Shown here piece after piece: positions 10,846 to 19,436 of a stretch of 25,550 nucleotides of DNA. Location: assembly GCA_040752695.1 (NCBI GenBank), contig JBFMGO010000089.1, forward strand, positions 1 through 25,550, given 5' to 3'. The notes beneath the pieces were generated by a model that had not been told where the DNA came from, made no database searches, and was given only the letters and a program-made list of their open reading frames with translations. Position numbers and translations under genes: made by a program. Origin of the DNA: a bacterium (GTDB lineage: Bacteria; SZUA-182; DTGQ01). Position 1 is the stretch's first letter. The number at the start of each line of letters is the position of its first letter.

Positions 10846-11674
10846 AGGATTAGGAGCATTAATTCCAAACGTAGATTATGATACCCGCGGCGAAATTTTA
10901 GAAATCCCCATAGAAAGGGTTTTTCCAAATCCATCTCAGCCAAGAAAATATTTCGACGAGGAAAAACTCGCAGGTCTGGCCTTATCAATAAAAGAAAAAG
11001 GTGTTATTCAACCCATTTTCGTCCGGAAAAATGAGGATGATTATATTATCGTGGCTGGGGAAAGAAGGTGGCGGGCAGCGCAACTGGCGGGCTTGAGCCG
11101 GATACCCGTTATTGTTAAGGACTTGACCGAACAGGAAGAACTTGAATTGGCCCTTGTCGAAAACCTCCAGCGTGAAGATCTCAATTCGATCGAAGAAGGG
11201 GAGTCCTATCAGAGGCTGATCGAGGTATTTCATTATACGCAAGATCGACTGGCTTCTATTCTTGGAAAGGATAAGTCGACAGTTTCCAATATCTTAAGGC
11301 TTCTGAAACTGGAAGAGCCCATTAAGGATCATATCAGGCAAGGCCGGTTATCAATGGGACATGCGCGCGCTCTTTTAAGTATACAGGATTCTCACGACCG
11401 GCTTTTATTGAGTCAAAAAGTAATTCAGAAAGAACTCTCTGTCCGGCAAATAGAAAGTCTGGTCAAAAAGTATGGGGCTCCCAGAAAGAAGATTAAAAAT
11501 GAGAATGAAGCAGAATTGTTTTTACGCAATCTGGAGGAAGAATTGAAGTCAGTGCTGGGAACTTATGTAAAAATTAAAGATAAAAGGGGTAAGGGTAAAA
11601 TAGAGATCAGCTATTCCACCCTTGAAGAGCTTGACCGGCTTATTGAAGCGATAAAAGCCAGGCAGCCGGAGTAA
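10823..11674 (+). CDS. parB: Chromosome partitioning CTPase ParB/Spo0J
   Basis: ALGKGLGALI, NPSQPRKYF, GVIQPI, IVAGERRWRAA, ENLQREDL, HTH TQDRLASILGKDKSTVSNILRLL, SMGHARALL. Confidence 0.97.
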   Translation: MSKKALGKGLGALIPNVDYDTRGEILEIPIERVFPNPSQPRKYFDEEKLAGLALSIKEKGVIQPIFVRKNEDDYIIVAGERRWRAAQLAGLSRIPVIVKDLTEQEELELALVENLQREDLNSIEEGESYQRLIEVFHYTQDRLASILGKDKSTVSNILRLLKLEEPIKDHIRQGRLSMGHARALLSIQDSHDRLLLSQKVIQKELSVRQIESLVKKYGAPRKKIKNENEAELFLRNLEEELKSVLGTYVKIKDKRGKGKIEISYSTLEELDRLIEAIKARQPE

Positions 11675-11759
11675 GCATATGCCGGACGATGACCATATAC
11701 GGTCACTGAACGGGCTTTGAATGCGTGTTGAAAAAAGATAAAAAAGGCTCATTGTTCTC

Positions 11760-12977
11760 ATGCATAAAGTAGAGTTGCTGGCACCCGCCGGAGATTTAGA
11801 AAAATTGCAATTTGCCCTTCACTATGGGGCCGATGCAGTGTATGTGGGAGGAGAAAAGTTCAGTTTACGGCAGCGAGCGGGAAATTTTACCCTTGATCAG
11901 CTTGACCAGGCCAGAAGGATAACCAGAGAACAGGGGAAAAAACTGTACGTAGCCGTAAATGTTTTTGCCCGCAATAACGATATCCAGGAATTGCCCGCCT
12001 ATTTAAAAATGGTAGACGCTTTAAAAGTAGATGGTCTGATCATCGCAGATCCTGGCGTTTTTTTATGTGCAAGGGAGTATGCTCCCACATTACCTGTTAC
12101 TATCAGTACTCAGGCTAATAATTGTAATTTTAGGACAGTGCAGTTCTGGCAGGATCTTGGTGCAAAAAAAATCTGCCTGGCTCGAGAGCTGACCCTTCCG
12201 GAGATAAAAGAAATCAGAAAAAAAACTACGTTGGATCTGGAAGTTTTTATCCACGGCTCGATGTGTATCGCTTATTCAGGAAGATGCCTTTTGAGCAGCT
12301 ATTTTCTCCAGCGGGACAGTAACCAGGGAGATTGTGCCCAGCCCTGCCGCTGGAAATACCATCTGGTGGAAGAGATCAAGCCGAAAGATCCTTTCGTTAT
12401 AGAAGAGGATTCGTTGGGGACGTACCTTCTCAGTTCAAGGGATCTGTGTATGATTGAGCACATTCCGGAATTGATCGGAGCCGGAATAAATTCTTTCAAA
12501 ATAGAAGGAAGAATGAAGAGTGTGTACTACGTCTCGATGGTTACGAAAGTGTACCGGGCAGCCGTTGATGCTTATTATCAGAACCTGCATTCGTATCAGT
12601 TTCAGGAAGTATGGCTCGCGGAATTACAAAAGCTGAGTCAGCGAGGGATTACGACAGGATTTTATTATGATCCACATCCTCATCATGCTCAATGGTATCA
12701 CGAGCCTGCATATTCACACGGTGATCAAATGCTCGGGATAATAAACGAAAAAACAGTTGGAAAGCGGGCTAAAATCATGACCTGTAACCAGGTTCGTCTG
12801 AACGACACAATCGATATTTTCCGTAAAAATGAAGATGGCAGAAAAGCCCGGGTAGCTGGGCTCTGGAACGGGGAGTGCGAGGCAGTGGATATTTTACACC
12901 CAGGGGTTACCGGTACCCTAGAGGTTGATGAGCCGCTGTACCAGTTCGATATACTTTTGAAAAAAAGGAAATGGTGA
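11760..12977 (+). CDS. Peptidase U32-family Fe-S protein, TrhP/YrrO-like (probable tRNA hydroxylation)
   Basis: ELLAPAGDLEKL...YGADAVY, LAREL, Cys cluster GSMCIAYSGRC...GDCAQPCR, SFKIEGRMKS, C-terminal U32_C-like domain. Confidence 0.88.
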   Translation: MHKVELLAPAGDLEKLQFALHYGADAVYVGGEKFSLRQRAGNFTLDQLDQARRITREQGKKLYVAVNVFARNNDIQELPAYLKMVDALKVDGLIIADPGVFLCAREYAPTLPVTISTQANNCNFRTVQFWQDLGAKKICLARELTLPEIKEIRKKTTLDLEVFIHGSMCIAYSGRCLLSSYFLQRDSNQGDCAQPCRWKYHLVEEIKPKDPFVIEEDSLGTYLLSSRDLCMIEHIPELIGAGINSFKIEGRMKSVYYVSMVTKVYRAAVDAYYQNLHSYQFQEVWLAELQKLSQRGITTGFYYDPHPHHAQWYHEPAYSHGDQMLGIINEKTVGKRAKIMTCNQVRLNDTIDIFRKNEDGRKARVAGLWNGECEAVDILHPGVTGTLEVDEPLYQFDILLKKRKW

Positions 12978-13044
12978 ATCACTCGATGAAAGGGTAAAAA
13001 GACGCCCTGCAAAAATCATAAAGATAAAAAGATATTGGATAATC

Positions 13045-14724
13045 ATGATGAAAGAGATAGAAGCCATTAAAAAAATTCCTATTCAAAGTTCTGACCGGAC
13101 TTCTCCTTATATACAGGATGAATCTCATCTGGACAGTGGTTCTGCTGAAGCTGTTTATCTTCCTGCGTGCGAGGATGAGATAAGACTCCTTCTCTCCAGG
13201 TTTCACAGGACGGGGACCCCGGTAACGATTTCCGGAAGTCGCACTGGTGTGGTTGGCGGTGCGGTCCCGCAAGGAGGGGTTATCATATCGACGGAGAGGA
13301 TGAACCGGGTGCTTGGCATGCGAAGGCAGGGAACCGATTGGCTCATCAAGGTGGAGCCGGGCGTGATCCTGAAGGACTTACAGCGGCAAATCGAGTCGAA
13401 AAGCTTTGAAAATGCAATGCCGCTTTCCGCTCATACTACCAGTGAAACCGCTCAAAAAGCATCAAAGGGTGCTTCTTACGAAATCTCAGGATACCAGGAT
13501 TTCTTGTCCGACAAAGGCCAATACTTTTATCCACCCGATCCCACCGAAGGAACGGCTACCCTGGGTGGGACTGTGGCAGCCAATTCATCCGGCGCAAGAT
13601 CCCTTATGTATGGCCCGACTCGGGGCTATGTACAGGGTCTGAGGGTAGCGCTGGCAGGCGGAGACATTCTGGACATCCCGCGAGGCAGATACACCGCTGA
13701 TGATTCAAAGGAATTACGTGTGCAGACTGAGCAGGGAAATACATTTCGAATTCCTGTTCCGGCTTACCGGATGCCGCAGGTTAAGAATGCTGCGGGCTAT
13801 TATGCAAGGCCGGACATGGATCTGATCGATCTTTTCATCGGAGCTGAAGGAACTTTAGGAGTAATCACCTGTATGGAATTGAGGCTCATTCCAAAACCGC
13901 AAAATATCTTAAGTGGTGTAGCTTTTTTCGAGGATTCTGGCAAAGCGCTCGAATGTGCACAAAAAATCATGATACTGCGCAGGTTTTCCGAAAGCATGCT
14001 TCGGCCTATGGCACTTGAATATTTCGATGGTCATTCCCTGGAGCTCCTGCGTCGTAAACGGCAGGCGGATGGCACAGGATCGGTAATACCGGAATTTCCT
14101 TCCTATGCCAAAGGTGCACTCTTTTTTGAGCAGTTCTATGAAGATGATGAGAATCTGGAAAAAATATATGAAGACTGGCAGGAAGTACTGGAAGCATATG
14201 GAGTGAGGATGGATGACACCTGGGGGGGAATCGATGAGCGTGAATTGGAAAAGATGAAAAATTTTCGTCATGCATTGCCGGATATCCTGAATGAAATTTT
14301 CAGAGAGCGAAAGAGGCACTATCCGAATATACACAAGATCAGTGCCGATATAGCTGTACCCGATTCGGCACTGGAGGAGCTGGTTTTCTTTTATCAGGCA
14401 GAAATTGAGCAAAAAGGGCTTGAATATGTTCTCTTTGGCCATATCGGCGAGAGCCATCTTCACCTGAACATTCTGCCCAGAACTGATAAAGAAATGGTAT
14501 TGGCCAAGAATTTAAGCAGGGAGTTTGCAAAAAAAGCCGCTTCTTTAGGTGGAACTATTTCGGCAGAGCATGGTATCGGAAAGATGAAGCATCAATTTCT
14601 CGAAATTCTCTATGGCCCGGATGGAATAAGAGAAATGGTTCGGATCAAATTGCTTTTGGATCCAAAGGGAATAATAAACCGGGGCAATATTTTTCCAGAA
14701 GGTTACCTGTCATCTCCCGAATAA
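13045..14724 (+). CDS. FAD-binding oxidoreductase (GlcD/D-2-hydroxyacid dehydrogenase family)
   Basis: GSRTGVVGGAVP, YPPDPTE, TLGGTVAANSSGARS, LFIGAEGTLGVIT, FGHIGESHLHLN, GGTISAEHGIGKMK, DPKGIINRG. Confidence 0.9.
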   Translation: MMKEIEAIKKIPIQSSDRTSPYIQDESHLDSGSAEAVYLPACEDEIRLLLSRFHRTGTPVTISGSRTGVVGGAVPQGGVIISTERMNRVLGMRRQGTDWLIKVEPGVILKDLQRQIESKSFENAMPLSAHTTSETAQKASKGASYEISGYQDFLSDKGQYFYPPDPTEGTATLGGTVAANSSGARSLMYGPTRGYVQGLRVALAGGDILDIPRGRYTADDSKELRVQTEQGNTFRIPVPAYRMPQVKNAAGYYARPDMDLIDLFIGAEGTLGVITCMELRLIPKPQNILSGVAFFEDSGKALECAQKIMILRRFSESMLRPMALEYFDGHSLELLRRKRQADGTGSVIPEFPSYAKGALFFEQFYEDDENLEKIYEDWQEVLEAYGVRMDDTWGGIDERELEKMKNFRHALPDILNEIFRERKRHYPNIHKISADIAVPDSALEELVFFYQAEIEQKGLEYVLFGHIGESHLHLNILPRTDKEMVLAKNLSREFAKKAASLGGTISAEHGIGKMKHQFLEILYGPDGIREMVRIKLLLDPKGIINRGNIFPEGYLSSPE

Positions 14725-14906
14725 GAATATATGAGCAGTATTTACAAGGTCACACTGGTTCTAATATACACAGGGTTAAGAAGAGGAAAAGTGAAAAGAG
14801 AAAGACACTGGAGCCGCTTTTTTTATAAACCGGTTTGTTATATAATAGACAATCAGAGGGTAGGGGTAAAATTTATATTGCACTATCTGTAAAGGATATA
14901 TGTATT

Positions 14907-15962
14907 ATGGATAATGATCTGGGAAAAGTCGCAGAATTGCGTGAAAAAATGATGCCCTATGCTGGCCAGAAAATTTTGCTTGTGCTTCGCGGGGCTCCTG
15001 ACACGGATAGTATTTCTTCTGCCATGACTCATAAGGCTATCCTTAATTCCTGGGGTATCGGCTCTACGATTTTATATGTTGAGGAAGTAAGCCATCAGGA
15101 GAATCGGGCTTTATTAAAGCTTTTGGGAATCGAACTAACCCAATACCGGCCAGGTTTTCCGTTTAAGGAGTATAAGGCTATAGCACTAGTAGATTCCCAA
15201 AGACCAGACATAAAGCTGGCAGATATCTTGAAAGAGATGCCAACGGCTTCCATAGTAGATCATCATGATCAGGCGCCGAATTTAAAGGCTGATTTTATCG
15301 ACATTCGCAAAAACGTGGGCTCTACGGCGACGATCTATGCAGAATATCTTCAAAGGCTTAATCTTCTGGAAACAATAGGTGAAGACAGTGCAGCCATTGC
15401 TACAGCTTTGATGCACGGTATCCGGGTTGATACCGGCGATCTGATAACGGCTCAGGAAAATGATTTTTTATCTTTGGCCTATCTGCGAAGGTATGCAGAT
15501 GTAGATCTGATAGGGAAAATCTCACAGCAAAATCTATCTCCATCTACTATGGACATCATCTTTCAGGCCTATCAACATAAGGAAATTTATGAAAATTTTT
15601 TACTGGCAGCCGCTGGTGTAGTCCGTAAGGAAGACAGGGACGCTATTCCGCAGGCAGCCGATTTTTTTCTCAAGCGGGCTGGAGTCGATACGGTAATGGT
15701 CTATGGAATCGTCGGAGAATATATAGATTGTTCCATACGGACAAATAGTGACGTAATTCAGCCGGAAAAATTTATTCAAGATACGTTCCCTGATGTAGTA
15801 ACAGGAGAATATGGAGGGAGATTTGACGCAGGCGGTTTTCGTCTTCCTCTGGGAATTTTTAAAACCCTGGTAAGCGGGGATGATAAAAACGCCCTCTCAG
15901 TGCTGGTGGATCGGTACATAAAAAAACAAATCATGTTAAAGTTCGGTTTTGAGAAGGGTTGA
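14907..15962 (+). CDS. DHH-family phosphoesterase (NrnA/c-di-AMP phosphodiesterase-like)
   Basis: PDTDSISS, LVD, IVDHH, VGSTATI, GIRVDT, C-terminal SIRT...GGRFDAGG. ATG 14907 (AAGGA upstream) is preferred to the ORF-track TTG 14835. Confidence 0.85.
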   Translation: MDNDLGKVAELREKMMPYAGQKILLVLRGAPDTDSISSAMTHKAILNSWGIGSTILYVEEVSHQENRALLKLLGIELTQYRPGFPFKEYKAIALVDSQRPDIKLADILKEMPTASIVDHHDQAPNLKADFIDIRKNVGSTATIYAEYLQRLNLLETIGEDSAAIATALMHGIRVDTGDLITAQENDFLSLAYLRRYADVDLIGKISQQNLSPSTMDIIFQAYQHKEIYENFLLAAAGVVRKEDRDAIPQAADFFLKRAGVDTVMVYGIVGEYIDCSIRTNSDVIQPEKFIQDTFPDVVTGEYGGRFDAGGFRLPLGIFKTLVSGDDKNALSVLVDRYIKKQIMLKFGFEKG

Positions 15963-16162
15963 TAGAAAGACCGAACCTCAACATGCGCTTTTTTAGAGCC
16001 TGTCAGCTCGTCATGATCAGAGGTAATTTCCAGAATTTTTTTATTTTTTGCTGAATGGCTTTTTAAAGCAAGCTGGTTAAATGTCCCTTTTAAAGTTTTT
16101 CGAAAAGAGAGCGATAAAGTATAATAAAGGAACAACCAGAAAGAGAAAAATAAGAGAAAAGA

Positions 16163-17755
16163 ATGGTTGATTTATTGGTCGGACCAAATTACAGGCTTTT
16201 ACAGCAAATACTCTCCTACATTCCATTAGCAGTCGTGGTGATCGATACCAGAGGCAGTATTGTCTACTGCAATTACATGGCCGAACATATAAGCGGATAT
16301 TCACAGGGTGAATTAACCGGCATGCATTGCAGTCTGCTTTCCTTCGATGACTGCCGGAGCCCGTGCATATTCATGTCGGCAGTCGGTCGTAATCACAGCC
16401 CGCAAATTCGTAAAGGCTCGCTTCGTCAGAAGGACGGGAGCCGCATTATGGCTATTCGAGGAATTTATCCGCTCAAGGATGACCGTGGAAAATTGATAGG
16501 CGCTCTGGAAACCTTTCTGAATATTGGTTGGACCAAGGAAGGAGCACAGGATGAACCTCAGGAAGTGTCAAATTGTGCATTTGATTGTCTCCAAAACCTG
16601 AGTCTTCTGAGGACATATGAAATTCACCTGCGAAAGTTGATTGAGCGAAGCAAGAGTAAGCTTCTGGGAATTTTTGACGAAATCATCGATGGTCTTTTTA
16701 TGATCGATCACGAGTATCGAATAAAAGCCATCAATAAAACGCAAGCAAGCTATTTGGATAAAACGCCAAGAGACCTGATAGAGGAATTTTGCTACCAGGT
16801 TATTGCCAACCGTTCTTCTATCTGTCCTACCTGCAAAGCACCTCAGGTATTTCAGGATGGAGTAACCCAGACGGATTTGAACATCCCTTTCGATAATGAC
16901 AGCCGCTGTTCACGGAGCGATCGGGAAAACCGTCATTATGTTAATATCCATTATATACCGATTAAAACCGAATTGGGCCAGGTACATAACGTATTAGTCT
17001 ACACTCAGAATATCTCCAAGATAAAAGAACTGGAGGAGGGAGTGCGCAGAGCGGAAAACCTGGCCGGATTAGGTATCCTGGCCTCAGGAGTTGCTCATGA
17101 GATAAACAATCCCCTTCAGGTTATTCTCTCCGGAGCGAATTGCCTGATGAAAAAAGCGGATGATAAGGGAATCGTCCTTGAGGTAGCCGGTCAGATTAAG
17201 GAATGTGCAGATAAGATGGCTAATATTATCAAGGATCTTTCTCTCTACTCACGAGGTATTCAAAACCATAATGTCTCTTTGGTCAGTATCAACCATGTTA
17301 TCGATGCATCCCTCTCCATGGCTTCACATGTCAGGAATATGAAGGCAGTAGAGATCAGGAAAGATTACCAGGACGTCGATACGGTAGTGGGAAATGCCAA
17401 TCAATTCCAGCAGATTTTTGTAAATCTCATTATCAATGCAGTGGATGCAATGCAAAACAAAGGAACGATAGACCTTGCTACGTATCAAAAGGATGGTTAT
17501 GTTTTCATCCGTATACAGGATACGGGGTGTGGAATTGGACAGGAAAGCCTTCCATATATCTTTGATCCTTTTTTCACCACCAAAGATCCGGGAAAGGGAA
17601 CAGGCTTGGGTTTGAATGTCGTATACCGCATTGTCAATCAATATGAGGGCGACATTCAGGTAAAAAGCAGAAAAGATGAGGGGACTACGTTCCTTTTACG
17701 GTTCCCTGCTGGCATACCTTCTCACGAGGGAGAAAGTTATAATCATGGGTCATGA
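16163..17755 (+). CDS. Soluble PAS-PAS sensor histidine kinase
   Basis: Two PAS-like repeats; H-box GVAHEINNPL, N-box QIFVNLIINAVDAM, DTGCGI, IFDPFFTTK, GTGLGL; no TM segment seen. Confidence 0.92.
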   Translation: MVDLLVGPNYRLLQQILSYIPLAVVVIDTRGSIVYCNYMAEHISGYSQGELTGMHCSLLSFDDCRSPCIFMSAVGRNHSPQIRKGSLRQKDGSRIMAIRGIYPLKDDRGKLIGALETFLNIGWTKEGAQDEPQEVSNCAFDCLQNLSLLRTYEIHLRKLIERSKSKLLGIFDEIIDGLFMIDHEYRIKAINKTQASYLDKTPRDLIEEFCYQVIANRSSICPTCKAPQVFQDGVTQTDLNIPFDNDSRCSRSDRENRHYVNIHYIPIKTELGQVHNVLVYTQNISKIKELEEGVRRAENLAGLGILASGVAHEINNPLQVILSGANCLMKKADDKGIVLEVAGQIKECADKMANIIKDLSLYSRGIQNHNVSLVSINHVIDASLSMASHVRNMKAVEIRKDYQDVDTVVGNANQFQQIFVNLIINAVDAMQNKGTIDLATYQKDGYVFIRIQDTGCGIGQESLPYIFDPFFTTKDPGKGTGLGLNVVYRIVNQYEGDIQVKSRKDEGTTFLLRFPAGIPSHEGESYNHGS

Positions 17756-18869
17756 GATCCTTCTTATTGATGATGACGTAAGCATTTCAAAAATGCTGAG
17801 CAATGTCTTTCGTTATGAAGGTTATGTCGTATCTACAGCAGAAAATGGGCGAAAGGGGCTGGAGCTTCTGTCGTCCCGTCAGGAAACCGCGGTAGTCATT
17901 TGTGACATCAAGATGCCGGAAATGGATGGGGAAAAGGTACTAGAGCAAATCCGCATCCACTACCCGCTGATCCCCGTAATTATGCTGACCGGATTTCTGG
18001 AGCTCGAAACCGCTATCAGTGTCATGCGTAAAGGTGCCTTCGATTACGTAACCAAGCCGGTGAACGATGAAAGGCTGCTGGAAGTGGTGGAAAGGGCAAT
18101 CCACCATAAAGAGCGTATGATCGAGGAATTGCGGAAAAAAGGACAAGAGGAGAAAATGGCAGCTCTTGGACGATTGACTGCCGGGTTTGCCCATAATCTC
18201 AATAATCCCTTAAGTTGTATCATTGCTTATACGGAATTCCTTAAGGTAAAATATCCTCAGGAACCAAGGCTGGATAAAATGCTCTCGGCGGCCAATAAAA
18301 TGTACGCAATAATTTCGAATATGCTGGACAAGACCCGCAAGGAGCATGAACGTAAAAAAGTGAGGATTAACCTTAATCGAATTCTGACCGAAGAACTGGA
18401 GTTTTTTGACGCGGATTTAGAATTCAAGCATCAGGTAGAAAAATATCTGGAATTGGCTGAGGACCTTCCAGATATCGAAGGTGTTTACAGCGACCTGAGT
18501 CAGTGTTTTTCAAATCTGATTAAAAATGCCCTGGATGCTATGCGACAGTCGGACCAGAAAAAATTAATGGTGAAGACCGGATGGAATGAGCATGCTCTCT
18601 TTGTCGATATTATCGACTCGGGCTGTGGAATCAGGAAAGAGGACCTGCCCAAGCTGTTTGAGCCATTTTACAGCACTAAGTCCCGGCAGGGTGAAGAAGG
18701 TCCCAAAGGGACGGGACTCGGATTGTACAGCAGTTATCAACTGCTGCGACCTTATGGAGTTACTTTCGATGTTCAAAGTGAAGTCGGTAAGGGCACTACT
18801 TTTCGTGTGCTTTTCCCTTCTTCTTTGGCTCAAACGACAAGTGGCGAAGACTGTATAAAGCGCATCTGA
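17745..18869 (+). CDS. Hybrid response regulator-histidine kinase (REC-HisKA-HATPase)
   Basis: ILLIDDD, CDIKMPEMDG, MLTG, GAFDYVTKP, then AHNLNNPL, NLIKNALDAM, DSGCGI, GTGLGL. ATG 17745 has GAGGGAG upstream and overlaps the end of the preceding kinase. Confidence 0.9.
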   Translation: MGHEILLIDDDVSISKMLSNVFRYEGYVVSTAENGRKGLELLSSRQETAVVICDIKMPEMDGEKVLEQIRIHYPLIPVIMLTGFLELETAISVMRKGAFDYVTKPVNDERLLEVVERAIHHKERMIEELRKKGQEEKMAALGRLTAGFAHNLNNPLSCIIAYTEFLKVKYPQEPRLDKMLSAANKMYAIISNMLDKTRKEHERKKVRINLNRILTEELEFFDADLEFKHQVEKYLELAEDLPDIEGVYSDLSQCFSNLIKNALDAMRQSDQKKLMVKTGWNEHALFVDIIDSGCGIRKEDLPKLFEPFYSTKSRQGEEGPKGTGLGLYSSYQLLRPYGVTFDVQSEVGKGTTFRVLFPSSLAQTTSGEDCIKRI

Positions 18870-18880
18870 TGCGCTAATCG

Positions 18881-18986
18881 CCGGTTGCGGCTTTTACTGA
18901 ACAGCCTTTCACCGGGACGTCAGCAACCCCGGAAGGTGTAAAAGACCGGAGTATGAATAACCGGGGTGTGAACGACAGGTGTTCAC
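18881..18986. other. Structured GC-rich intergenic element (nested hairpin plus small hairpin), function unknown
   Basis: Pairings CCGGTT/AACCGG, CTTTTAC/GTAAAAG, CCTT/AAGG, CCGGG/CCCGG, then GTGAAC/GTTCAC. Confidence 0.45.
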
Positions 18987-19075
18987 TGTAAAGATTGAGA
19001 AACACAAAAATTTATCATGATGTTGTTGAGAAAATAAATATCTCCAATTTAAAATAAAAGCCAGGAGAAATATCG

Positions 19076-19315
19076 ATGTGGAAAAAAATCGAAGTAAACT
19101 GCTATGCAGGATATAAGGAAAATGAAAGTCCCAGACACATTGTTTTAGAAGGTAAGTCTATGAAAATTAAAGAAATACTTGATCGATGGTATGAAGGCGG
19201 CATGCGGGCGACTCAGCCAAAACTTGATTACTTCAAAGTTCTGACAGAGACGAATGAAAGATACCTGCTGCGCTATAATTCCCTGTTCGATGCCTGGGCA
19301 TTATGGGAAAAATAA
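19076..19315 (+). CDS. Small conserved hypothetical protein (79 aa; DUF6504-like)
   Basis: AGGAG RBS; the pattern V.CYAGYK..E.P...EILDRW....YFKV......YLLR......W resembles a small beta-rich family recalled from anaerobic bacteria. Confidence 0.75.
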   Translation: MWKKIEVNCYAGYKENESPRHIVLEGKSMKIKEILDRWYEGGMRATQPKLDYFKVLTETNERYLLRYNSLFDAWALWEK

Positions 19316-19342
19316 AATCAACACCTCCAAAAATATATGGTG

Positions 19343-19359
19343 GCGGCCCGGGATTTGCG
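19343..19359 (+). promoter_or_regulatory. Candidate sigma54 (-24/-12) promoter
   Basis: CGGCCCGGGATTTGC: GG 19345-46 and GC 19357-58 with exactly 10 nt between and TTGC intact; AATCAA (partial IHF motif) at 19316. Confidence 0.45.
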
Positions 19360-19436
19360 TAAATATGAGGGAAATTCCAGGCTTATAAGAGGGATAGGTA
19401 AGAAGCCTTAAAGTTAAGATTGGAAGGGAAGGACAG

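Noticed and set aside
16056..16071. TGGCTTTTTAAAGC as a sigma54 promoter for the PAS kinase
   Set aside because: Only 9 nt between GG and GC and no TTGC; a TATAAT at 16120 is a better candidate.
18867..18941. Selenocysteine read-through of the hybrid kinase TGA using the downstream hairpin
   Set aside because: The HATPase domain is already complete, the extension is short and featureless, and the hairpin does not show clear SECIS geometry.
18881..18986. SRP RNA, 6S RNA or hammerhead identity for the structured element
   Set aside because: It lacks the SRP CAGG...AGCA loop context, is too short for 6S, and has no complete CUGANGA/GAAA core with its stems.
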